DNA of 63,786 nucleotides, counting the filler, from Nemertoderma westbladi (taxonomy: Eukaryota > Animalia > Xenacoelomorpha): assembly GCA_032718475.1 (NCBI GenBank). It is 4 parts of 4 records of this genome, joined end to end, with 100 filler letters (N's around TTAATTAATTAA, not from the genome) between each part and the next. Parts side by side here need not be neighbours in the genome. Positions count along the whole stretch, not along the records: positions 10,461 to 37,109 come from JAUCBJ010002901.1; 3 more parts are not named here. One strand, 5' to 3'. The number at the start of each line of letters is the position of its first letter. The stretch's first letter is position 1. A program made the position numbers and the translations under genes. This document shows positions 12,150 to 24,580 of the stretch, one piece after another. Below the pieces are notes generated by a model. The model saw nothing but the letters and a program-made list of their open reading frames with translations. It was not told the origin of the DNA and did no database searches.

Positions 12150-14952
12150 GCGCGTAAGCACGTAAGCTGATCCTTAATTGGGCCTAATAAATATATATAT
12201 AGTATAAAAATAATATTAAATATATGAATAAATAAATATATATATAAATAATTTAAATAAATGATAATATCTAAATAATATTAAAAAATTTGTACAAGTT
12301 TTAAAAACTAGGTACTGTATAAACAGTGTTCCTAAATTTATTTTATTGTTTTGTTTAGCTAGTATGTCCGGCACTGTAACCTGCTTCTATCATTAAAAAA
12401 GTATCTTAAATGGTGATTAACGATATTGTTTTCTCAAAATTAAGTTCACCACTTCCTACCGCACGTACGGTGCATGTAGTGAGGAAGGCCGGCACTACCG
12501 GCAGGCCGGCACCACTCCGAGCGGTACAATCAGATATTATACATACATACCACGCATACATAGATACAAGTTACAATTCATGGCTGGCACACGAAACAGG
12601 ATAGGGACATTAAAAGCTTATTTATAAATAAGAAAGTGCCTCGTGGTGATAAAAATCCAAAAAAAGGAACAATATACGTCCAATCGCAGTAATGAAAGCG
12701 AAGAGCAAAACCAATCAAAAAGTGAAGCATGCTAATAAATCAATCAATAAGATGCTAATAAATCAATCAATACTGTAATGAGTGATCAATTAATCATAAA
12801 ATTTTGGGTAACACGTCCAGCCAGTCAGTGGTGGCTCTATTATTGAAGACGGACGCTAGGTGGCGGCGCACAAATGCTGTAATACTTCTTTACTAATCTC
12901 TGCAGCAGCTTTTGCGTGGTTATTAGAATCACTTAACTACGCTTAAAAAATGTGTAATTTGTTGACTTACACTAAACTTTGTTTACATCCATGCTGGTGG
13001 TCCTGCCCCAGCAGTTTGCCCACCAGCCCTTAAGAATCATACACAGGACGCCCCCCGCCCTACGCTTTTAATTAATATAAAAATACCCAGATGAAGGGAC
13101 ACATCAATGTTTTCTATCATATCAGTGATGCGCAACATGATAATTATTAATTGCCATTCAGTTAATCGTCGTTCTTCAACATAAATTAAAATTAGGTTCT
13201 GAAGATTTTTAAGACTCGACTGAAATATTCCCACTTACTTTTGTTCCTTATTATATAGGTTTAATGGTATTCATTATTTTGATTGCAGGCAATTTAATAC
13301 AATTTTTAAAATTAAGAATAATATTTTAAAGTTTAACATGTCATTGTTATCACAAATAATAACTGCACATATCAAGCCCATCAGTCATGACTAAATCAGG
13401 TTACTGAATTTCACATACATTTATTAGTGCCAACATTCATATTTAAAATGAAATTTGATAGTCATCGTTATGTTAGACTTTGAAATAAAATATATTATTC
13501 CGATTTCAAAAGAATCCTGAACAAATCATGGGCTGGGACCATCATTATGCATCACTTCACCTCGTAACATGAATTATTACAAACCTGCAAATTTATAGGC
13601 CAGGGTTAAAAAAAGCGTAAAAATTATTTTGTCAGTATGGATTCCGGCAGCAACACAGCATTTTGTTTATAGACATGCGATAGAACGCAGGCAGCTGAGA
13701 GAAAGCATTACATGCATATAATTAATTATAATACGGGTAAGATTACATAATATTCGTAAAGTTGAATTAGTTATTTCGAGATTGTGAACTAATATATGTT
13801 ATATTAGTGATATTCAGACGTCGGTAGATCAACTAATCAATGTCATAATCTATTCGGATATCGTCGATCTTCAACATATGACGTAAAAGTTAAATAATCC
13901 GTCAAAATATCGAAGTTACATAATAATTTTTGAAATGGGGTTATTTTTATGGTTCATATTTCATAGAATCAATCTGGAAGAATGATTAAAGAGAACTGCC
14001 GCACTGTGTGCTTGGCTACCTGATCTGTGTCTCAGATTATAATTCGAAGTATCAAAGGCGGCGTCCGTCATATTTCATAAAGCTGCAGCCTTTGTACCCT
14101 ATGCAATAAATTAGGAAGAATGTCTGTAAGGAAATGTATGAATTAAATGAAGAGCCATGAGGTGAAATTATGGAAAGACTGTCTGAAAATAAATATAAAT
14201 AAGTTGAATTACAAAAGAATAAAGAAAATTAATGAAATGCCTTTGTAGCTAAATGAGATTCTCAATAAATAAAATTCAAACTACTTCAGTCATAACAAAA
14301 TAAAAATAAAATAAATTTATTAATATATCGGAAATACATATTGCCACTAAATACGAATAAATTGGGAAATATAATTAAAAAATAATAAACATAAAATTAT
14401 CATATTATCATACAACATAATTATTATCTTATTATTTTTTTTATTATAATTTTTAATTATAACAATTTGTTGTATTAACATTAGTATAAATAAAACACAG
14501 TTATTATATTCATTTTTTTATATCATTTTTCATTATTAGCATTAGCAAACAGATACAAATACTATCGTAGTGTTCGTTTAATAGGCAAATATTATTGACA
14601 TAATTTATTCTCTTAAGGGGGGCACTCTGTAATTAAATTTTTTTTTTTGAAGAATTTTGGTCATTTTTTTTATTTTTTGTTCTAAGCCGATTTTTAATGG
14701 AGATTCCAAATATGCAAACGGTTTGACAGAGCGACTTTTAGTTTTCGAGATATATGGACTTTCGTACACCTTAATCTGGCACAAAAATATCCAAATTTTT
14801 CGTATTTTCACTCATAAGAGGTTTATTTTCGGTTTTCTGGTGTATCCAGTGTAATGTTGCTTAGCAACTGTATCTAAGCATCAGTGGCGGTAAATTTAAA
14901 CGAGTATCTGTGAACATTAGTCCCTTTCCCTTGTACTGTCTGACTGTGAATT

Positions 14953-15263
14953 CGGCTCTAACGCAAATCTGTCCCTACCCACACTGCCGTACCGGTAGTG
15001 TGGGTTAATTTTTTTTGGTTAGGGTCAACATAGTCAGAACCCCAACCTAACTGTAATCTAACCCTAACCCCAATATTAACCGTTTGCTCCCTAATCCTAG
15101 CTGAAACCGTCTGCCTAACCCTAGCTCATGGTAGCTAGAACAGTCACAGCTGTTAGGTTAGCCTAGGATTCTGAAATTCTGATTACACGAATTACAAGAT
15201 TGCAGTAGTATATGCCCAGAACGTAAATGTCAAAATCACAGGGACGGATTTGCATTATTACCG
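14953..15263. mobile_element. MITE-like insert with imperfect 24-bp TIRs and telomere-like CCCTAA motifs, inside the Kolobok
   Basis: cggctctaacgcaaatctgtccct vs agggacggatttgcattattaccg (19/24 complementary); internal ctaaccctaacccc. Confidence 0.55.
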
Positions 15264-15385
15264 CGGATACTGTACTGCAATAAACAGATAAACCCGGAAT
15301 ACTACATTACATGATAGATTACATTTCTCTATATTTGCGACCAGATCTCCAGATCTAATTCCTTATTTGTATATAACCTGTAGAT

Positions 15386-17123
15386 ATGCCTAGAAAGAAA
15401 GAAACAACTTTTCGAGGTACACAGAAACAGTTTGTTCCACCAGATAGACCTCTAAAGCGGGAACCGTCGAAAATGGCCGCCAGCTTGCCCACTCTTCCTT
15501 CATTGGGAAACTTTTCTGGATATTCTCTTGTATCCAATGATAGGCTCAAGGAACTGATCGCTGATTCTGGAACACATATAAATTGTGATAAACAAGTTCG
15601 TGTTCTTGTACATTCGACACGTGGATACTCTGTTACATTTTCCCGCAGTTGTGAATCTTGTGATATACATGAAACTGTAAACACCACAACTAAACTGGAT
15701 AAAGGAACCCCACATGCTGGGCGAAGTGTGGAGGATGTAAATCTGCGATCTGTCTTAGCTTGGCTCTGTGCTGGAGTTACACGTGAATATGCCAATACCT
15801 TTTCTCGGATCATGGGTTTACCTTCTCCAATTAGCAGCTCAGCATGGCCAATGCATGTGCGGAATATATGCAAAGCCACAGAAGATATCGCTCGAGGCAA
15901 CATGGTAAACTGTGCGATGAAGTAAACTGAAACATCCATCGCCGTATCTTTCGATGGAACATGGATGAAACGTGGACATAGATCCTTGTACGGAATAGGA
16001 TTCGTTATTTCGGAATCAACTGGGCTTGTACTGGACTACGAGATTTGTTCCAAATATTGCAATGTGTGCTGTCGCTCAGTAGAAGATGAACCTGAGGAAA
16101 GTTGTAGCAACAGCGATAATGATGGTGGTGACAATGATGATGACTAATAATTCTGGTGATATTTCTGATGGCGAAGTTGCCGAAACAACTGATGACCATG
16201 ATTGTGGCAAGATATATGAAGGATCAAGTGCATCTATGGAACCATATATAGCTGTGAAACTATTTCAACGTTCTATAGATAGAAACGGTCTTACTTACTC
16301 ATCCGTTATATGCGATGCTGACTCGGCTGTCATGAAGTCAATTCTCGATGACGATCCATATCAGGATGAAGGTATTACTGTAGAAAAAATTGAGTGCCTA
16401 AACCATGTCGCGAAACGGCTTTATAGTGGTTTAGATAAGGCTCGCATGGCACATAAACTCGGGGGGAAAGGTGTGCTCACGAATGTAAAGTGCAAAGAAC
16501 TTCAATCATATTACAGAAATACCATTGTAAAGAACATTGAAGGTGTGGAAATGGCGAAACTGTCTGAACCTGAAAAAAAGACCCTAGTTACAAATATACG
16601 AAAGAAAATAGTTGCCTCAATACATCACTACTGTGATTATGGTAAGCGCGGTAAAGACCAGCAACACAAACTATGTCCTGTTGGCAAGTGGTGTAAGTAT
16701 AAAAATGGAGACAAACAACACACTCCCAAAACTGTACTAAATGAACAACAACTGCAGCACGTTCTTCCAGTATATAATCGTCTTACAGCTGACGATATAA
16801 TAAAGCGGTGCATTCCTGGAATGACTCAAAACCGAAATGAATCTCTACATTCTCGACTTTGGACCCGCATAAACAAGAATCGGTTTGTTGGATATTACAC
16901 CCTCCGCTTCCATGTAGCGTACACTGTACTGCAACATAACCGTGGTTGTTCCACCGATCAGCTTATACTGCGTAAACTTGGTCTAGATGAGCCCCAGGGC
17001 CTTTTGGATCGAGCAGTGAAGATCAACAAGAGAAGACAGAGAAAGAGCGCACTAACGGGAACACTGCCAAAACCGAAGAAGCAGAAGATGGATATTTCGA
17101 ACTATTCGGCTGGAACGTTCTAA
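15386..17123 (+). pseudogene. DDE transposase (~578 aa) disabled by one nonsense codon and one +1 frameshift
   Basis: An in-frame TAA at 15923-25 is followed by TETSIAVSFDGTWMKRGH, with a 1-nt insertion near 16145. Motifs SKYCxxC, YEGSSASME, ICDADS, KIECLNHVAKR and TQNRNES are present. Confidence 0.9.
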
Positions 17124-17939
17124 GGACAATTTGTGATTTTTGATCGTTCCCTATTATATTTTATATTGTCATACTCACTATATTTTATTAATTAATTAAT
17201 ATACATCGTATTGGCGATCTTTACTTAAAACCGAAAATTCGGCATGTAGCACATGGAGCACTACATGTTAAAAAAAAAAAATTCGTAAATTTAGTTATTT
17301 TAACTGAAAATATTGCAAAACTAAGATATTTTTATCAAACTAATCTGCTTTCGAACTTTAAATTGGATTTATTCCTATTTCATTTTTTTGCACTTTTTTA
17401 TATTTTAAAATGCTACTACTTGTAGGGAATTGGTCAAAACTGGCTGATTTTTGGCATGCGTGGTCTTGATGAAGTGTTTTAACTATGCAATTGACAAAAT
17501 TTTGATTTTAACCAAAGTTATAGTCAAAATTCGAAATTTTTTGTGACTTTTTCGAGTTTTTTAGTTATTTTTGGTGAAAAATTTCGAAAAAATTGAATAA
17601 TTTTAAAAGTAAGACAGATGTTTAAATTCTGTCAATTGCATCGTTTTATAACATTGTTCTGGACATTCGAACCAAATTTTGAACAATTTGAATCAAAATT
17701 GCGGTTCTAGAAGCTTTTTTTTTTAAAATTTGAATAAATTATGTTAATTAGCAAAATTAAAATTAAAAAATTTTTTTTTGCGATTTTCAGTTTTTTGGAT
17801 CTATATTACATAGGTTTGCCAAATATTACTATTTTTGAACATAGTCCCGCGCCAAAATTAAGAAAATAAAAACGTCATTCAATTACAGAGTGCCCCCCTT
17901 AACATAAGTGTTATAGTTTATATTGAAATAAAATAAAAT

Positions 17940-19293
17940 ATGGCAAATTAACATCAACCCGCTCCCGTTCGTTGATCAACAACAACCCGCTGCTGGACAA
18001 AATCATCCCGCTGCCGGACTACATCAACTCGCTGCTGGACAACATCAACTCGCTGCCGGACAACATCAATTCGCTGCCGTACTACATCAACTCGCTGCTG
18101 GACAACATCAACTCGCTGCCAGACAACATCAACTCGCTGCCGGACAACATCAACCCGCTGCCGGACAACCACAACCCACCCCCGTACAACTGCAACTCGC
18201 TGCCGGACAACATCAACCTGCTGCCGGACCACCGCAACCCGCTGCTGGAAAAGCGCAAGATGAACTGAAACCAGTTACTCTGGCAACCGTGATGGCGCCA
18301 GGATTTAAGTTCCTGAACAGAAACGCCACCTTGTATTGTCGTCACCTCAACTTCAAGAAGGCGTCTAAAAGCACCGATGTGGGTGTTCCGATGTGGTAAG
18401 TTTATTGCTAAAGCTGACGCCTATGATCAACTGCTGATGTTTGGCGACGTTACCTCGGACGTCGTCTTCTATATGATCTCGCCACCCGCTTACTGCAGCT
18501 CCAAACTCCTACGGGATTTGGATATGCGGGATCCATCGGGGACATCATCGCGATCCGGAAGCCGTTCTTTAACAGCCAGTAGATGCTGGCCAACAAAGGG
18601 AACCCCGTTATATCGACGACTCAACAAATATCAGTCATCAATAAGAAAATGGTATGGTAGCAGATACCGATAGACACCTCCCTGGACGATGACAGTATCT
18701 GTGGGTTCTCTTATCCATCTGTCTGAGGGAATTTTTTCACACCGATGGTTTCACCAAACGTTTGTGGGGGCGGCCTCTGCGACAAGAGGTACACATCTAT
18801 ATCTGTGGGTTCTCTTATCCATCTGTCTGAGGGAATTTTTTCACACCGATGGTTTCACCAAACGTTTGTGGGGGCGGCCTCTGCGACAAGAGGTACACAT
18901 CTAACGAAGAAGCGCAGTCACGGCTGGGCCCTGGAGATGTGGATGGTCCCTGACATACCTGAGTTCCCAGAACCGACGGCATGGCTGGTCAGCCATCAGC
19001 TGTCGAATTTGTTCGTCGCGAAGGACGCAATAACTCTGCCTTGTGCTGGTCGTGTAGTCGTGAGCAAAGATAGGTTGCTGGCAGAGGACGTGGATAGGGT
19101 TTGCCCCATCGCAGTCGGTGGGTTTAACATCACCAGCTGGTACAAGGCCGGAGTCTCCGTCCAAAAGGATGGAGAAAACATAATAACTGAAGTCACTGGC
19201 GTTCATATATTGTCCATCACGCTGGCCAATGGCGTTAACGACGCTATTCGTCATTCGCCATTCGACGCTGCAAACTTCTGGAGGTGGTACTGA
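17940..19293 (+). pseudogene. Decayed intronless ORF of unrecognised family with N-terminal GQHQLAA repeats
   Basis: GC-richer island. Protein-like segments chain across frameshifts and stops: YDQLLMFGD..., GDIIAIRKP..., CGGGLCDK, GGFNITSWYKAG...HILSI. Contains a 104-bp tandem duplication at 18696-18903. Confidence 0.45.
17980..18248. repeat. 21-bp tandem repeat (ggacaacatcaactcgctgcc), about 12-13 units
   Basis: Periodicity is directly visible. Confidence 0.92.
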
Positions 19294-19651
19294 CACTCCA
19301 CTATTTATGGAGTAACTGGTTGACCAACTCCCAATTAATTTAATTATATTGTAATCACAATCAATAATCATCAATCTGTAATATCAAATTAAATAGGTTC
19401 ATTAATAAATTACCAATTACATATTCAGTTGATACGTTTCATATTAATTAACTCAGTAAAGCAGTAAAGTAAGGTTCCACGACAAAATATAATTCAAACT
19501 GATATAAAATAATTTTAATAGTGCTTCATTACCTACATACATATTTACATTTCAATTTACCCTGTTCGGGTATACATTACGGCGGTGCATTTTTTTAATG
19601 TCATCAAATCGGTCCAAACTTAGTTAGATACCAAAATTTTGATTTTGGGAC

Positions 19652-21130
19652 CAAGGGAAGTAGTGCCATAGGTACATGGCAAGAACCTACCCTTTGGCCC
19701 AAGTACTTCTTATTCTCAATTTTCGCGATAGACAACTTTTAGTTCTCCTACTACATTAATATTATGCTCATTAGAACCGCAATGACCGATTTAGTGGGGA
19801 TAGACACCATTAAAACAAGCGCAGAGCGAATAGTTCTTGAGATATTGGAGAAAATGTTAAGTCCGGCACAAGTCAACATGAGTGCCATGATTTATAGACA
19901 AATACACAAAAATTTTACTTCTAATTAAAAATCCAGACTGAGACTCCTCTCTTCAGGAAAATAGTTTTACACTATATTATATTTACTATACTTACCTACA
20001 CACACCTTCTTCATTCTCCATATTGAGTTACATCCCATTAGGCCTACTAAAGAAATTAAAAGCAATAAAAAATATAATAGTCACTGTTGGTTTAACTATA
20101 TAAGAATAAAGAAGGAAAAATAAATACTGAGCAAAATTCTATGGACAGTGACAGTACCATATATCATAAATATAGTGATATGAAGACAGGCCATCCACGA
20201 GAAACCGCAATTCTGTGCCAATATTAAGACTATCAACCATATATGGTAACCAACTATTTGATATTATTACTATATTACATGTACCATAGGCCAATTTATC
20301 ATATTTATCGATTTAACATTTTTGATATTAACAGATAGATGAATAATAATATACTTCTTACTGCTGCTGTACTGGTAGGGCCTAGGGCCTCGGCCTACTC
20401 AAACAGACTCATACTCAAATTATGAATAATCGATACTGCTATTGGACCTAAATAACTTTTATCTGTTTATGTTATCACTGGTGAATGACTATTTAAGTAC
20501 CGGCATGGTAGTAAACGAGGCGAAGGAAAATAATAAATTTATAATCGATACTGGTAAGTATCGGCACAGTATTTATTTAACTAAAACAGAGTATACTAAA
20601 ACCGTCTGAAAATGTCGTAGACTAAGTTCTGTAAAGTAATGGTTAATAAGTGCAGGGTCTTCGGTTGTAAAACCAGGTACCTACTTGGCAACACCCGTAA
20701 GCCGAGTTTTCAGTTCCCTGAAGCGCCAAACTTGCGAATAGAAAGGATTTTGTTCAGACTATATACACAGTCCAGCAGTTGCGTTTGTATCGACCATTTT
20801 GAGCCCGATGTACTGAAGGAGACAACTTTAAAGTTGCGCTACACATCTTTGGAGGGAGATATAAACTTATCAAAGAAGTAGGCCAACTACCATCCATAGC
20901 TCTCCTTAACAACCTGCAAAAAGGAGGTATTGATAATATAAAGGCGCTGGTCAAACTGGTTGATAATGGGAATTTCGACTCCGATGTAATACTCTTGAAT
21001 GATGAGATGAAGCTGCAGAAAGGGGCATCCTATAGACTGTATAGATTCTATGACTTTGTTCATATTCTGAAAAATATTCGGAATAGTTTATTAAATGGAG
21101 GACAGTTTCGATTTCCAGAATTCTATTGTG
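19652..21130 (+). mobile_element. P-element/THAP9-type transposon remnant, internally deleted
   Basis: THAP domain at 20639 (MVNKCRVFGC...FQFP...CIDHF), then LRYTS, LPSIALLNNLQKGGID...DVILLNDEMKLQK and FYDFVHILKNIRNSLLN. Candidate CANRG-type left end CAAGGGAAGTAGT at 19652; no right end found. Confidence 0.8.
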
Positions 21131-21689
21131 ACCTTCTCGAGGATGTATTGTAGTCAACTAAAGAATGGAAGTCAATAAAGTCTGTTATAGAGAATGTCCA
21201 GAGTTTTAAGTCAGTGGTCATTGCCCAAGGCTCCATTGGATCTCTAGTGGGTGCCGGTAGAAGATCTTCCCGATGGAGAGGACATTGACACTGAGACTCC
21301 TGACAATTCAGAGCATCAATAGGAACATGTACTGAGGACAAGCCAGATCAGTGGCATCCTTGAATCATCTAATGTTGTATGGAGAGGCTTTGTCCCACAT
21401 AACTGTGTGTTGCTGTGTTAAGGGGTCCACAAGAAGAAGATACCGGTGGAATAATTGTGGGCTTGGCCTCGATAACAATAATCATCTCATCATAGGCATA
21501 TGATCTTCAAATATAATTATAATTTTTAATATAATGTAAGGGAATTCAATAGGGGTACATCTGAGGATACCCCTAGATACAAGATACAAAGGTGGATATA
21601 GATGATGCAAAGAATGTATTTGAGATGAACTTAAGTCCACCTATGTTAGAGGACAAAGTTCTAAAGTCCAGGATATATTGTGTGAATTA

Positions 21690-22174
21690 CACTTCCAGTT
21701 GCTGGGATCATGAGAATAATTTCTGGCTCGTTCTATAAAATATTCACCTACTGAGTGAAGGTGAAGGTGGGATGGTACTCTACTCAGGGTGAGGCTTTGT
21801 AAACAGGAAGGCCAACCAACATAAATACACCGAGTACCATAATTTTAGTATTGGAGATTCAATATATACAGTTTAATACTGACAGCATTGCTGGTGACTC
21901 AATAGTTATTGAGACTTACAGTGAGGATTCGAACCTCAATGGATCCCAATTATCAATTATCTACATATTATATCAAGAATGACAATTGGTCCAATGGGCG
22001 GACATTGCACTGATTACTTCAAAGGAGGTTGGCGGTATAATGGCTGCATGCTTGTCCAACCTAAATTATGTCTATGGGGGAGAGAATTCAGAGGGTTCGT
22101 ATTGGTTGACATTCACTGACCATAAGAGCTTGGTACCGATGGATACAGTAGAAATGAAGATTCGAGTTCAGTGA
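21690..22174 (+). pseudogene. Fibrinogen-related domain (FReD) pseudogene fragment
   Basis: Across stops and frameshifts: ENNFWLVL*NIHLL, EYHNFSIGD, AGDS, HCTDYFKGGWRYNGC, SNLNYVY...GSYWLTF...VEMKIR. Confidence 0.8.
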
Positions 22175-23886
22175 ATCTACAATCATTAACTATTAATTAT
22201 ATAATTCAGTTGCTTAAATTCTATTATTATAATAACTGTTTACTATATTAGAGTAATTCATACATTACATGTATGAATATTACACATGTACATGTATTAC
22301 AACTTTTATTATATTATTGAATTATTATTTATTTTTTTATTTTAACAGTGACAGGGGCACACATATGCATAAAGAATCTATTAATTATTTTGTTTACTTG
22401 AATGTGTGTAAGTCCACATCAATTCGGGAGCTTTTTATATATTGCCTGTTTGAGACTCTGATTTTGTCTTGTTATCAAGAGCCGTAATTTTTTGCAATGT
22501 ATTTGTATAAGTGAGTTGGTATTAGGTAAAATTCTTCTGTGATTATTTAAACTTTCAGTTTTTTATTTAACTAATATCGCATTTAACTTGCTTGGAATAA
22601 CTTAAACAAACATTGTTAGCAATTTTAAACAAACCCAAATTAAACTCACTCGATTATTTTAATAGTTTTACGCATTTTAAACTAGATTGAACCTTGTTAA
22701 CACCTCTAATAACCTATTACAATGCTGATCTTGAATCCCCAACCACACATCTTTTAACTCTCATATTTATTGAATCTTTAATATTTACCACTATGTCTAT
22801 TGCTCTTTCTTACCAATACTTAGCAAGAACACCACTTTAATTGCTACCATCATTATTCATGGAGTTTCTTTCTTTATGAAACTATCGACAACCTATGACT
22901 ACTTTCAAAATTTTCCAATATATAAAGTCATTGCTACAATTCTTAAATTCGTACTAATGCTTTTGTTAACCCGTATTAAATAAAGAAAGTAAAACAAATA
23001 CACTTGCTGTTTCCCTAGCAGTCAATGTTGCCCTCTTACTATCCTATATTCTATCCACCTACAATTTACAGATATATGTTGTAATTTGATTTTCATTCTT
23101 CTCCATTAAACATTCAATATTTTTTTTCCATGGCAATCTAAGCATGTGGGGAAGATCATGGAGCTATCCATGATGTTTCTCCTCAGCAGTCCTTGGTTAA
23201 CGGCCTAAATAAATGATTTAAAATAATTAGTTGGCACATAATATTGCATGGATTGGGTATATATAATATACAACAATAAATACGCAGTAAGTGATATACT
23301 GTAACTGATACACTATTAAATATCCCACATAATTCACATCCCCAGTTTAGGGTAAGGAGATAATGAGGCTTATGAATCTCCTCGATCTGTAGTGAATGTA
23401 CAGTTAGAAATTCGCAAAATAAACCCAAACAAGAAACATCAAATAAGGATATAAGACGAGTTTATTTTATAGGAAAATTATAGATTAATTGTACTATTAG
23501 CCTCCTTCTGGTACTTGCCGCGAGCTGTGAGCTCCAGCTGTTGTCGCTGTGGGCGCCACGGTTCGTTGCACCTCCACCCGTTCGGCGGTCAATGACCCCA
23601 CCCGAACGTGAGTTAACAAGAATTCGTTGCGGTACTGTATAACCGCCATCCTCCAATCACCTCACGCGCGCACCACCTTTCTCGTCTCCGAAAACACACC
23701 TCTGGTTATTCTGTCGCAAATAGCAACGAAATTCCACGTATACTTATTGTCCATGTTTAACTGTCAAAAATATGATCTAACGACTACAACTCCTGTATTC
23801 TGTGGAAAGCGGTCAGTATTAGCTCCTGGTATTGCGGTAGGGATTGCAAATACGGTTCCAATTTATCTTCAATTAGTAGGTGATAG

Positions 23887-24111
23887 TGTACTGCATTCTC
23901 TAAAGATTTTAAGGTGTAAAATTACTGGGGGACATTTGCAATCGGGAGTAATTGTCCTTTGGGGCATTTGTCCAGGGCAATTGTCCTGCAACTGTATAAT
24001 ATACAGTTGCAGGACAATTGCCCTGGACAAATGCCCCAAAGGACAATTACTCCCGATTGCAAATGTCCCCCAGTAATTTTACACCTTAAAATCTTTAGAG
24101 AATGCAGTACA
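23887..24111. repeat. Perfect 225-bp palindrome (112-bp arms, 1-nt spacer at 23999)
   Basis: Arms are reverse complements as read; they contain ggacaattgccc-type MITE motifs. Confidence 0.95.
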
Positions 24112-24340
24112 GTATATATACTTAGACAATTATATACAAAACCAGCTTGAACTGCAAATACAACCAGTTACAATGTCCTCAATATGGGGACATTATGCAT
24201 ACTAATTATATAATTATATAACACCTATAAAAATTTTAGTAGTCCTTTCTTTTTGGCTCCAGCCTCTAACATTTTTGTCATATTACCACATAACCAATAC
24301 AATATGAGTATTCACAAAAGGTAAGTAAGCAACAACCTAC

Positions 24341-24580
24341 GTCCCACCTTGGTGTAGTGGTTGCATTGAATTCACATCTGTCATAGGTCATGGGTTCGAT
24401 GCTCGCATGGGCCAGGGCAGTTTTTGTTTCGGCACGAATGCTTTGAAGGGACAAGCCAGGGCACATCTCTGTCTTGTATCCTAAAGTGGTTGCTAAATGA
24501 GTACTGGAGTTTCCTCTGGGGAGTATAGTTCTGGGGGGACCGCACTGGAAATAAGTTGTCAGACTTTGTGTGTAATCCGT
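24341..24580 (+). mobile_element. tRNA-derived SINE with L2/Crack-like 3' tail
   Basis: A box TGGTGTAGTGG (24350) and B box GGTTCGATGC (24393), a central TAAATGAGTACTGG motif, and a tail (24537-24578) similar to the LINE 3' stem-loop at 3547-3588. Confidence 0.8.

Larger units (their letters stand above)
14617..17898 (+). mobile_element. Complete Kolobok-type DNA transposon (TTAA TSD, 18-bp TIR)
   Basis: TTAA at 14613-16, then GGGGGGCACTCTGTAATT ... AATTACAGAGTGCCCCCC, then TTAA at 17899-902. Contains a DDE transposase. RR termini with a TTAA TSD fit Kolobok. Confidence 0.85.

Noticed and set aside
14990-15125. Telomere-like CCCTAA repeats
   Set aside because: Few and degenerate, and inside a MITE-like insert; not a telomere.
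17954-18232. Minus-strand VRQRVDV coiled-coil ORF
   Set aside because: Antisense reading of the 21-bp repeat; the plus strand links better to downstream protein-like sequence.
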